NCBI GenBank assembly: GCA_964467775.1
Contig: CAYXUD010000112.1
Location: 334-64,333, forward strand
Direction: 5' to 3'
DNA: 64,000 nucleotides
Source of the DNA: an uncultured Bacteroides sp.
Lineage (GTDB): Bacteria; Bacteroidota; Bacteroidia; Bacteroidales; GCA-2748055
Shown: positions 46,072 to 54,665 of the stretch, piece after piece
How the letters are laid out: every line of letters starts with the position of its first letter
Position numbering within the stretch: position 1 is the stretch's first letter
Translations under genes and position numbers: made by a program
Notes under the pieces: generated by a model
What the model saw: the letters and a program-made list of their open reading frames with translations, nothing else
Told to the model about the DNA's origin: nothing
The model's database searches: none

Positions 46072-49000
46072 TTGGCCATGGGAATGGTAAATGAGAAGGT
46101 GGTGCCCTGCCCCTGCTCGCTCTGTACCCTGATGGCCCCGCCATTCTTTTCAACGAACTCCCTGCAGATGATCAGGCCCAGTCCCGTTCCCTTCTCTCCG
46201 GCAGTGCCGGCAGACTTGAATTTCTCGTCGATCCGGAATAGCTTGCCCAGGTTCTCCTTTGAAATGCCTATGCCTTCATCCACGATACTTACCTCGATAT
46301 CATTCTCCCTGGTTTCCACCCTGACCTCCACCTTCCTGTCCCGTTCGGTGAACTTGACCGCATTGGTCATCAGGTTGCGTATCACGCTGTTGATCATATC
46401 ACGGTCCCCGTAGGCAAAGATCTCATTCTGCTCCGGTGAGAGCAGCATGATCCCCTTTTTCTCGGCAAGAAGCTTGTGCAGGTTGATATTCTCCCGGATC
46501 AGGTTGGTAAGATTGAACCTGACCGGGTCATATTTGATCTTGCCCCGCTGGGACCTTGACCAGGTAAGCAGGTTTTCCAGCAGGTCAAGCAGGTGTTTCA
46601 CGGACTGGTTGATCTTTATGAAACCGGCGCGGTGTTCCTCCTCGTTTGCATCGTTGAAACTTTCCACCATCAGTTCGCTGATGGAGAGGAGGCTGGAAAA
46701 CGGGTTTTTCAGGTCATGCGAGATGATTGAAAAAAACTTGTCCTTGGTCGCATTGAGTTCCATCAGGTTCTTTTCCGATTCGCGCAGCGCTTCATTGGCC
46801 AGGCTGATCTGCTGGTTCTGGTCCTTCAGTAACCGGTTGGTACGCGATTTCACCAGGTATATGTAGATCATCACGGCGATGGCTGAAGCCACCAGGACCT
46901 CGATCAGCATGAACCACCATTGCTGCCAGAATGGGGGAGTGATCATGATGCGCAGCTGCATGGGTGGATCGCTCCTGAACCCGTCGGCATTCTCAGCCAC
47001 CACCTTCAGGGTGTAGGAACCGGCTTTCATGTTGGCGTAAGAGACATAATTTCTCGGGCCTGCATTATTCCATTCTGTTTCCAGGTTCTCCATGATGTAG
47101 ACGTAGCTGAGTTTTCCGGGTTGCAGGTTATTCAGGGCGGAAAACTCGACGGAGAAGAACCTGTGCATGTAATCCAGAACGATCTCCTCCAGGTAGGTGA
47201 CATTCTCGCCTGAGTAGAATTCTCCTTCATACTCTATGATCTCCCCGGGATGTTCCTCGAACCTGTCTTCCAGGTCCACCCCGGCAACCCTGACCTCTTT
47301 GCCCAGTATTTCAAGTTTTGTCAACGTCACCTCGGTCACATTTCTGGATGGTTCCACAAGTAAGGGATCGATCACATTCAATCCATATACACCTCCGAAA
47401 TAGAGCTTACCATCCCGGCCCCGGTGGTAGGCCCCTCCGTTGAACTCGTTGCTTTGCAGGCCATCGTTCCTGTCAAAATTCTTAACCTCGAAACTCTCCA
47501 GGTCAAACCGGATGATCCCCAGGTTGGTGCTGAGCCAGATCCGGTTTTCATCATCCGGCAGGATCCCGTAGATCACCTCGTTGGCCAGTCCCTCGCCCAC
47601 ACCGAACCGGCGGAAAGAGCCTGTGGCCGGGTAGAACATGTTCAAACCGCTGTTGGTCCCGATCCAGAACCTGCCCATCCCATCCTCATAGATCGAAAAG
47701 ACGATGTTGTCAGATATGGTGGTGGGGTCATCAGGATCGTTGGCGAACCGCACACAGCTTCCATCGGCTGGATCCATCCTGCACAGGCCACCTCCGTAGG
47801 TGCCCACCCAGAGCTGATCCTCTTCATCCAGGTAGATGGCAGAATAGATGAAGTTGTTGGAGAGGGACTGCGGGTCGCTTTTATCGTGCATGAACCTTCT
47901 GAAGCTTTCAGATTCAGGACAGAAGAGGTTCAGGCCATTGCGGGTTCCCACCCAGATCCGCCCGTGGCGGTCTTCATAAACAGCCCGGACCGAATTGTCT
48001 GAAATAGATTGCGGGTTGCCCGGATCATGCAGGTAGTGAATGAAGGAACGGTCCCCGGGCCGGAAAAGGTTCAGGCCGCCACCGTCGGTTCCCACCCAGA
48101 TCCGCTCCTGGCTGTCCTGGTATATCTTCCGGACCGATGGATTGGAAAGGGAGGAAGGATCGGAGGGATCGTGGTTATAGTGTGTAAATGTCCCGGTTCG
48201 CTGGTCGTAGCAGCTGATCCCATCAGCGTTGGTACCGAACCACAGGACGCTGTCGGAAGCTTCACAGATGGTCCAGATAAATGAACTGGCCAGGCTGTTT
48301 GAACTGAATGGATTGTTTTTGAAAAGTGTGAACTGGTTGGCCCGCGGATCAAGAATGCTGATCCCTGCCCCGAAAGTTCCAAACCAGAGGCTGCCGGAAC
48401 GGTCTTCAAAGATACAGTTGACTGAATTTTCAGCCAGGCTGCTCGGATCGGCGGGATTATGCGAATAATGATTGTACCTGAAGGTGACCGGATCGATCCT
48501 GAAAACCCCGTTCCCGAAAGTGCCGCACCAGATGGCTCCCTCCTGGTCCTCTACCATCGGTTCAACGGGACTCAGGGAAAGAGAGTGGGTTGTACCCCCT
48601 GCTTCCAGGACCTTCACAACCCCCGTTTTGTCATTCCGGTAGCAGTACAACCCGCTGTTTGTTTGCATCCAGACCTGATCCAGCCTGTCCACGAGCAGGT
48701 TTTCAATGGTAACCTTCTTTCCCCGGGAACCCATCTCTATCAACTTGTGCTGTGCCCTGCCGGAAAGATCCACCATGACCAGCCCCTGATCACTTCCCAG
48801 CCAAAGCGCATCCTTACCCAGGGAGAGACAGTGAATGGCAGTAGCCGGATTGATGGTACCGTCTGCCACCTCATTAAAAAAGAGCCCCGATTTCCGGTCA
48901 TTGCTGAACAACCCCTGATAGGTCCCGATCCACAGCATTCCCGATCTGTCCAGGACAAAACCACTGATCCTCGAAGTCAGGCCAGCAAGCTCCGGGTCTC

Positions 49001-49505
49001 CCGGTATGATCCGTTCCGCATCACCGGTAAACCTGTCTACAAGGTTAAGACCTTTGATGGTACCGACCCAGACATCATTCCGGAGATCGGCCAAAATAGC
49101 TGTCACCGTGTCATTTGAAAGCGAGCTGGGTGATTCCGGGTCATGCCTCAGGGTGTTAAAGACCCCGCGTCTGGGATTATACATGGTAAGGCCGCCGCGC
49201 GAGCCTAACCAGATCATGCCCGATTTATCCTCGTATATGAGCTCGATCCATTTGTTGGCCAGGATATAATGCTGGTCGGTCGTGGCTCCGTATACGGTAA
49301 TGGACTGCCCGTCATACTTGTTCAGGCCATCCTCTGTCCCGAACCACATGAAACCCTTGGAATCCTGGAAAATATGGTAGACCGAACTCAGGGACAACCC
49401 TTCGTTGATGGTAATCTGCTTGAACCGGACATACTCATCCTGGCCGTTCAGCAGCGGGAAAACCAGCAGGATCAGTATGGAAAGGCATGCATATTTTCTG
49501 AACAT
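46068..49505 (-). CDS. Sensor histidine kinase with a periplasmic two-component-regulator propeller plus Y_Y_Y domains; no receiver or HTH domain
   Basis: Repeated propeller motifs (D..G.LWIGT..GL..). TM helix WWFMLIEVLVASAIAVMIYIYLV. H-box FFSIISHDLKNP. HATPase motif GTGLGLIICREFVEKNGG. The ATG at 49505 gives the signal peptide MFRKYACLSILILLVF; the ORF track starts at the TTG at 49535. Confidence 0.85.
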   Translation of the reverse strand: MFRKYACLSILILLVFPLLNGQDEYVRFKQITINEGLSLSSVYHIFQDSKGFMWFGTEDGLNKYDGQSITVYGATTDQHYILANKWIELIYEDKSGMIWLGSRGGLTMYNPRRGVFNTLRHDPESPSSLSNDTVTAILADLRNDVWVGTIKGLNLVDRFTGDAERIIPGDPELAGLTSRISGFVLDRSGMLWIGTYQGLFSNDRKSGLFFNEVADGTINPATAIHCLSLGKDALWLGSDQGLVMVDLSGRAQHKLIEMGSRGKKVTIENLLVDRLDQVWMQTNSGLYCYRNDKTGVVKVLEAGGTTHSLSLSPVEPMVEDQEGAIWCGTFGNGVFRIDPVTFRYNHYSHNPADPSSLAENSVNCIFEDRSGSLWFGTFGAGISILDPRANQFTLFKNNPFSSNSLASSFIWTICEASDSVLWFGTNADGISCYDQRTGTFTHYNHDPSDPSSLSNPSVRKIYQDSQERIWVGTDGGGLNLFRPGDRSFIHYLHDPGNPQSISDNSVRAVYEDRHGRIWVGTRNGLNLFCPESESFRRFMHDKSDPQSLSNNFIYSAIYLDEEDQLWVGTYGGGLCRMDPADGSCVRFANDPDDPTTISDNIVFSIYEDGMGRFWIGTNSGLNMFYPATGSFRRFGVGEGLANEVIYGILPDDENRIWLSTNLGIIRFDLESFEVKNFDRNDGLQSNEFNGGAYHRGRDGKLYFGGVYGLNVIDPLLVEPSRNVTEVTLTKLEILGKEVRVAGVDLEDRFEEHPGEIIEYEGEFYSGENVTYLEEIVLDYMHRFFSVEFSALNNLQPGKLSYVYIMENLETEWNNAGPRNYVSYANMKAGSYTLKVVAENADGFRSDPPMQLRIMITPPFWQQWWFMLIEVLVASAIAVMIYIYLVKSRTNRLLKDQNQQISLANEALRESEKNLMELNATKDKFFSIISHDLKNPFSSLLSISELMVESFNDANEEEHRAGFIKINQSVKHLLDLLENLLTWSRSQRGKIKYDPVRFNLTNLIRENINLHKLLAEKKGIMLLSPEQNEIFAYGDRDMINSVIRNLMTNAVKFTERDRKVEVRVETRENDIEVSIVDEGIGISKENLGKLFRIDEKFKSAGTAGEKGTGLGLIICREFVEKNGGAIRVQSEQGQGTTFSFTIPMAN

Positions 49506-49678
49506 CCTGGCAAACAAGGTAGCTTTAGTTTCCAATCATATCTGCAAATATCACACCAAGTTAGCCAATCAGGATATCCAAACCAATTCAGAACCGTTAA
49601 ATATTGTTATATGCTTGATTCCGGGTTTATAATGAACTAGCTTTGCCGGTACGCTTTGAACAATATTTACAACGCGCA

Positions 49679-50212
49679 ATGAAAACCATCAGACTGGCAG
49701 GAATGGCTTTGCTTATCATCCTGTCCTGCGCCAACAGAACTCCCATGAAAAATGTAGACACGACCACGGTTGACAGGCTCGAACTCGACCGGTACCTGGG
49801 TACCTGGTATGAGATTGCCCGGTTTCCCCACTCCTTTGAAAAAGGACTGGTGGGGGTTACTGCCAGTTACTCGATGCGGGATGACGGCAAGATCCGGGTG
49901 TTGAACCAGGGATATAAGGGAACCCTGGAAGGCAAGAGGTCTCGCGCGGAAGGAAAGGCTAAAATCCCCGATCCATCAGAACCTGCACGGCTGAAAGTCT
50001 CCTTCTTCCTCTTTTTCTACGGGGACTATTTTGTGCTTGAACTGGATGAGGATTATCAGTGGGCCATGATCGGCAGTTCCAGTCCGGATTACTTCTGGAT
50101 CCTGAGCAGGACACCAAGGATGGATCCCGGGGTGTACCGGATGCTGCTTGAAAACGCAGATAAGAGGGGATACGATCTTTCCCGGCTCATCGAGGTGGAG
50201 CAGCCAGGTTAA
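49679..50212 (+). CDS. blc: Bacterial lipocalin (Blc-type outer-membrane lipoprotein)
   Basis: Lipobox LIILSCA and the lipocalin motifs LDRYLGTWYEIARFP and YQWAMIG. The ATG at 49679 is preferred over the TTG at 49643. Confidence 0.85.
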   Translation: MKTIRLAGMALLIILSCANRTPMKNVDTTTVDRLELDRYLGTWYEIARFPHSFEKGLVGVTASYSMRDDGKIRVLNQGYKGTLEGKRSRAEGKAKIPDPSEPARLKVSFFLFFYGDYFVLELDEDYQWAMIGSSSPDYFWILSRTPRMDPGVYRMLLENADKRGYDLSRLIEVEQPG

Positions 50213-51609
50213 CGGGTAATGGTGACCGGTTCAACCTCTGCCTTGATCACGGATCTGGTTTTCCACCTGCCGGTCCTGTAGTAGATCAGGGAGAGAACCA
50301 TTCCGAATCCCCATCCGGCCGGAATGGCCCACCAGATCCCTTTGGCCCCGAGGCCGGCACCTTTTACCGACAGGCCGAACAGGTGGACAGTCTCCTGGCT
50401 CAGGAATACCGCCGCAGGGATCCTGATGATCCAGAGCGAGAAGAGGGTCAGGAACATCGGCACAAGTGTATCACCTGCGCCCCTCATGACTCCCCCGTAT
50501 ACGAACATCCAGGTAAACAGCAGGTAAAAGGAGGTGACGATGGTCAGGTATTCGCCCCCGATCCGGATCACCGTCTTGTCACTGGTGAAAAGACCCATGA
50601 GCGGGATCTTCAGCAGTATGAGCAGAAGGGAGATGGCCAGGGCCACACCGGATGCCATCAGCAGGGTCCTGGAGAGTCCCCGTTTGACGCGCCCTATTTT
50701 TCCAGCCCCGATGTTCTGCCCCACAAAAGTGGAAAGTGCATGGGAGAAAACCATGGAGGGAATGATGGCCAGACTGTCCAGCCTGCCTGCCGCAGTATAG
50801 GCTGCCACCACATCGGTGCCGAATCCATTGACAATTCCCATGAGCGCCATCATCCCCAGTGCCACGAAGGTCTGCTGCAAACCTGTGGGTAAACCAATGC
50901 GGAGGCTCTGTTTGAAGATCTCCCGGTCAAAAGCAAACTCCCTGAAGTTGAACTTGATCAGCTCGTGGTTGCTGTTCAGGTAGAACACAGCCACGATAAA
51001 GGCGGTCCCCTGGGCAATGATGGTGGCCAGGGCTGCTCCCTCCACTCCCATGCCCAGCTTTACGATAAAAAACAGGTCCAGCCCGATATTCAGTATGGTG
51101 GCAAGGATTAGAAAATAGAGCGGCGTCACACTGTCACCCAGTCCCCTGAGCACGGCAGCCACACTGTTGTACCCGAAGAAGACCACCAGTCCCGAGACAT
51201 AGATGGTGAAATAGGTATTGGCAGTCGGTATCAGCTCTTCGGGCAGCCTGATCAGCCGGAAGATCTCTTCGGAGAGGGTGACCCCCACCACGGTCATGAT
51301 CACAGCCATGATGCCCATCACGATAAAGATGGTATCAATGGCCCTCTTCACCCGGTTAAAATCCCTGGCGCCGAAAAACTGGGAGATCACGATGGTCCCG
51401 CCGGTCGCGACCCCGATGATCAGCGCAATGAGTGTAAAGAGTATGGGGAATGAGGCTCCCACCGAAGCCAGGGCCTCTTTGCCCAGGTAACGGCCTACGA
51501 TGATCTGATCCACAAATGTATAGAGCTGCTGGAACAATTGGCCCACCAGCATGGGGGCGGCAAACCTGAATATCCCCCTTCCCTCCCTTCCCTGGGTTAA
51601 ATCTCTCAT
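50209..51609 (-). CDS. MATE-family efflux transporter
   Basis: MRDLTQGREGRGIFRFAAPMLVGQLFQQLYTFVDQIIVGRYLG is a canonical MATE N terminus, with 12 TM helices. The ATG at 51609 is preferred over the TTG at 51639. Confidence 0.85.
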   Translation of the reverse strand: MRDLTQGREGRGIFRFAAPMLVGQLFQQLYTFVDQIIVGRYLGKEALASVGASFPILFTLIALIIGVATGGTIVISQFFGARDFNRVKRAIDTIFIVMGIMAVIMTVVGVTLSEEIFRLIRLPEELIPTANTYFTIYVSGLVVFFGYNSVAAVLRGLGDSVTPLYFLILATILNIGLDLFFIVKLGMGVEGAALATIIAQGTAFIVAVFYLNSNHELIKFNFREFAFDREIFKQSLRIGLPTGLQQTFVALGMMALMGIVNGFGTDVVAAYTAAGRLDSLAIIPSMVFSHALSTFVGQNIGAGKIGRVKRGLSRTLLMASGVALAISLLLILLKIPLMGLFTSDKTVIRIGGEYLTIVTSFYLLFTWMFVYGGVMRGAGDTLVPMFLTLFSLWIIRIPAAVFLSQETVHLFGLSVKGAGLGAKGIWWAIPAGWGFGMVLSLIYYRTGRWKTRSVIKAEVEPVTITR

Positions 51610-51696
51610 CAATTTCTTTAAGCCGTCAAAGATCGGCAAAAAAATATGCAGTGAGCCAGAAAAATCGTGGAAATTTGCAATTGTTATCTGCCGGGA

Positions 51697-53073
51697 CTAC
51701 ACCTTTTCGAGCTCGACGGTGAAATGGCGCATGATGGGTGCTTCGTAGCTTATCCTGTAACCCGAAGTGATCTGTTCCCTGCGGCTGTATACCTGCCTGA
51801 GCGCCGCCGCCGCATAATCCATATGGTTGCGGGTGTATACTCGTCTTGGGATGGTCAGCCGCACCATCTCCAGCTTGGGATAACGGTCCTCCCTGGTCTC
51901 CGGGTCGCGGTCGGCAAGCAGCGTTCCGATCTCCACGGCCCTCACCCCCGATTCGATGTAAAGTTCCACGGCCAGGGTCTGGGCAATGAACTGTTCCCTC
52001 GGAACGAGGGGCAGGAACCGGGTGGCATCCACGAAAATGGCGTGCCCCCCGAAGGGTTCCAGGACCGGTATTCCCATGTCGTGCAGGGCCCGGCCCAGGT
52101 AGTGGACCTGCCGGATCCGGCTTTCCAGGTAGGCAAAGGTGGTGGCTTCCTCCAGCCCCTGTGCCAGGGCGGCCATGTCCCTCCCGGACATGCCTCCGTA
52201 AGTGATGTATCCTTCGAACATGATGTTGTAGGTGGTGGCCTTCCTGTAGATGGCTTTGCTGTTCAGCGCAATGAAACCTCCCATGTTGACGATCCCGTCC
52301 TTCTTGCTGCTCATGGTCATTCCGTCCGCAAGGGAAAACATCTCCCGGACGATCTCCCTGATCGAACGGTTTTCATATCCCTTCTCCCGGGTTTTAATGA
52401 AGTAGGCATTTTCAGCAAACCTGGCAGCGTCAAAGATCACAGGAATCCCGTGCCTGTCGGCAAATTCCCGGACCTCCCTGAGGTTTTCCATGCTCACCGG
52501 CTGGCCCCCTGTGGAGTTGCAGGTAATGGTGACGATGATCATGGGGATCCGTTCCGGGCCGTAAACCTCCACCACATTCTCGAGTTTCTTGGCATCCAGG
52601 TTGCCCTTGAACGGATGGTACAGCCTTGTATCGCCGGCGGCATCGATGGTACAATCAAAGGCAGTGGCCCTGCGAAATTCAATGTGGCCCTTGGTGGTAT
52701 CGAAATGGGCATTTCCGGGAACCACATCCCCCTCCCTGACCATGACCGAGAAGAGAACGTTCTCAGCTGCACGTCCCTGATGTGTCGGTATCACGTACTG
52801 AAAGCCGGTCAGGAAAACAATGGCCTCTCTCAGCCGGTCGAAGGAGCTGCTTCCGGCATACGATTCATCCCCGGTCATCATGGCCGACCATTGCTCCTGG
52901 CTCATGGCGCCGGTCCCCGAATCGGTAAGCAGGTCGATGAATACCTGGTGGCTCTTCAGGTTGAAAAGGTTGTATTTCGCCTCCCTGATCCATTTTCTGC
53001 GATCACCCCCCGTACTGGGGTGCATCGGTTCGATCATCTTGATCTTGTAGGGCTCTGCGTATGGTAATGACAT
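51697..53073 (-). CDS. tnaA: Tryptophanase (beta-eliminating lyase family; tyrosine phenol-lyase not excluded)
   Basis: Similarity along the whole length to TnaA/TPL: AEPYKIKMIEP, FIDLLTDSGTGAMS, IPTHQGRAAE, the PLP-lysine motif MSSKKDGIVNMGGF, RLTIPRRVYT and MRHFTVELEKV. ATG at 53073. Confidence 0.85.
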   Translation of the reverse strand: MSLPYAEPYKIKMIEPMHPSTGGDRRKWIREAKYNLFNLKSHQVFIDLLTDSGTGAMSQEQWSAMMTGDESYAGSSSFDRLREAIVFLTGFQYVIPTHQGRAAENVLFSVMVREGDVVPGNAHFDTTKGHIEFRRATAFDCTIDAAGDTRLYHPFKGNLDAKKLENVVEVYGPERIPMIIVTITCNSTGGQPVSMENLREVREFADRHGIPVIFDAARFAENAYFIKTREKGYENRSIREIVREMFSLADGMTMSSKKDGIVNMGGFIALNSKAIYRKATTYNIMFEGYITYGGMSGRDMAALAQGLEEATTFAYLESRIRQVHYLGRALHDMGIPVLEPFGGHAIFVDATRFLPLVPREQFIAQTLAVELYIESGVRAVEIGTLLADRDPETREDRYPKLEMVRLTIPRRVYTRNHMDYAAAALRQVYSRREQITSGYRISYEAPIMRHFTVELEKV

Positions 53074-53074
53074 G

Positions 53075-53114
53075 GAAGTTAGCAAGTTAGTAAGTTAGTA
53101 AGGCAGGAAGTTAG
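53075..53114 (-). repeat. Five tandem 8-nt units (CTAACTTN on the tnaA strand; the fourth unit upstream of the ATG is degenerate) ending 1 nt before the tnaA ATG
   Basis: The + strand reads GAAGTTAG CAAGTTAG TAAGTTAG TAAGGCAG GAAGTTAG (53075-53114). A further CTAACTT lies at 53308-53314. Confidence 0.8.
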
Positions 53115-53366
53115 CTGAAGGAGATCCGGTCCGGCCCTGGTTGCGGGCTGCCCGGTCGATGGCATTTGGTCCCGGGCGTCATTCGGGGTGCCATATGGCA
53201 GGTATCCCGGATGCTTTGAATTTTGCAATGTGGTAGGTGTCCCGGTCCTTGATGTTCAGGAACAGCCGTTTGGATGGGATATGGAAAACGGGGTTCATGC
53301 CTGATGCAAAGTTAGGGCATATAGCAGGGATTGACCCGGTACCGGAGGATGTTCTTGGGCAGCGGG

Positions 53367-54512
53367 TTACCGCTCCCTCTCCTTCAGGTAGAGCTGGAAG
53401 TAACGGTCAATGATCGCACTTTTTTGCTTCTCCGCTTCTTCAAGCCTTGCCTGGTAATCCTTTTTTGACTCCCCCTTTCTCCTGGGCTCAAAGATGGTGT
53501 CCCTGGAGAGTTCATCGTGGTAAGGGGTGTCGTAATACCTGAGGACAAAAATTTCGGGATCCAGCCTCCAGCGTGTCAGGTCCCCGGCGCCGGATATGCT
53601 GTAAAACGACCCGCCGTCGGGATGGAATACCACATCCAGCGGGATATCGCCGTTCAACAGGAAAGTGTGGATACGGTCACCTGTGACCACATCCCAGAGA
53701 ATCAGGGAATGATCCTCTGATGCGCTGACCAGGAACCTGCCTTCCGGGCTGAAGGCCAGTTTTTTCACTGCATCCCGGTGGCCTTTGAGAAGGTGGGTCA
53801 GATCCTCATTTTCAAGGTCGTAAACCCGGATGGTGTGTTCCCCTGAGGCGGCTGCCAGCATCCGGCCGTCGGGAGAAAAGGCCACATCATAAATTTCCCG
53901 GGTGGGCCCGTGCAGTGTGGTCAGCACCTGCCGGGTTTCGAGATCCCAGATCCTGATCGTCAAATCGTTGCTTCCGCTTGCAATCAGGCTGTTATCGGGA
54001 CTGATGGCAACCGACAGGGTGACATCATCATGTCCCCGCATATATTCAGCGATCACCCCGTTGTAGACATCCCAGAGGATAAATGTCTTGTTGAAGGCCG
54101 AGGAGACGGCATATTTACCGTCGTTACTGATATCCACGTTCCAGATCGTGGTGGCATGGCCTGAGAAATTTCCAATATGCTTTCCGGAGCGGTTCCAGAG
54201 TTTGATCTCGTTTCCCCCCGCGGTCAGTATGAAATCCATCTTCGGAGGCATATCCATGGCCGTGACGGCTTTCTGGTGTGCATCTTTCACCTCCAGGAAA
54301 ACCTGGAAAGTGGCTGGGTCCAGCAGCCGGAATGAGCCGTCCCTATAGCCTGCCAGCAGGAGCTTTCCGTCGGGAGAGAGGTTGATGGAGCTCGGGCCGG
54401 GCTGATAGCTCTCCCGCCTGATGATATATGGATCCTCCTGTCCCAGAAGTCCGGGCAGCACCGCTGAAATCAGGAAACTGACAGTGACAATGGCTCTCAT
54501 CTCTTTTATCAT
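53367..54512 (-). CDS. Secreted WD40/beta-propeller repeat protein
   Basis: Signal peptide. About seven repeats of the type GH...V..VA.SPDG..LASGS.D.TI.IWD. Confidence 0.8.
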   Translation of the reverse strand: MIKEMRAIVTVSFLISAVLPGLLGQEDPYIIRRESYQPGPSSINLSPDGKLLLAGYRDGSFRLLDPATFQVFLEVKDAHQKAVTAMDMPPKMDFILTAGGNEIKLWNRSGKHIGNFSGHATTIWNVDISNDGKYAVSSAFNKTFILWDVYNGVIAEYMRGHDDVTLSVAISPDNSLIASGSNDLTIRIWDLETRQVLTTLHGPTREIYDVAFSPDGRMLAAASGEHTIRVYDLENEDLTHLLKGHRDAVKKLAFSPEGRFLVSASEDHSLILWDVVTGDRIHTFLLNGDIPLDVVFHPDGGSFYSISGAGDLTRWRLDPEIFVLRYYDTPYHDELSRDTIFEPRRKGESKKDYQARLEEAEKQKSAIIDRYFQLYLKERER

Positions 54513-54665
54513 ATGATGGCAAAATGGGGTTCAGGCATCTAAAAATAGTTCATTCCTGATAAAATACCCAAATATGGGGATCGCACGAAAGCAGGGTTGT
54601 TGTACTTTTGGGGATTAATGATCTTTCAGGGTCTGCTGTTATACAGAGGAGGAAAGGAAAGCTGG

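Noticed and set aside
51667-53067. A 466-aa ORF on the + strand spanning the whole tnaA region
   Set aside because: It lies exactly antisense to a gene with end-to-end tryptophanase similarity. Its translation is low-complexity (rich in G/P/H/V/D/R) with no recognisable motifs. It is a typical shadow ORF of GC-rich coding sequence.
53075-53114. Whether the 8-nt tandem array could be a CRISPR or a minisatellite
   Set aside because: The units are contiguous with no spacers, and the whole array is only 40 nt. It is not a CRISPR array and is reported as a short tandem repeat instead.
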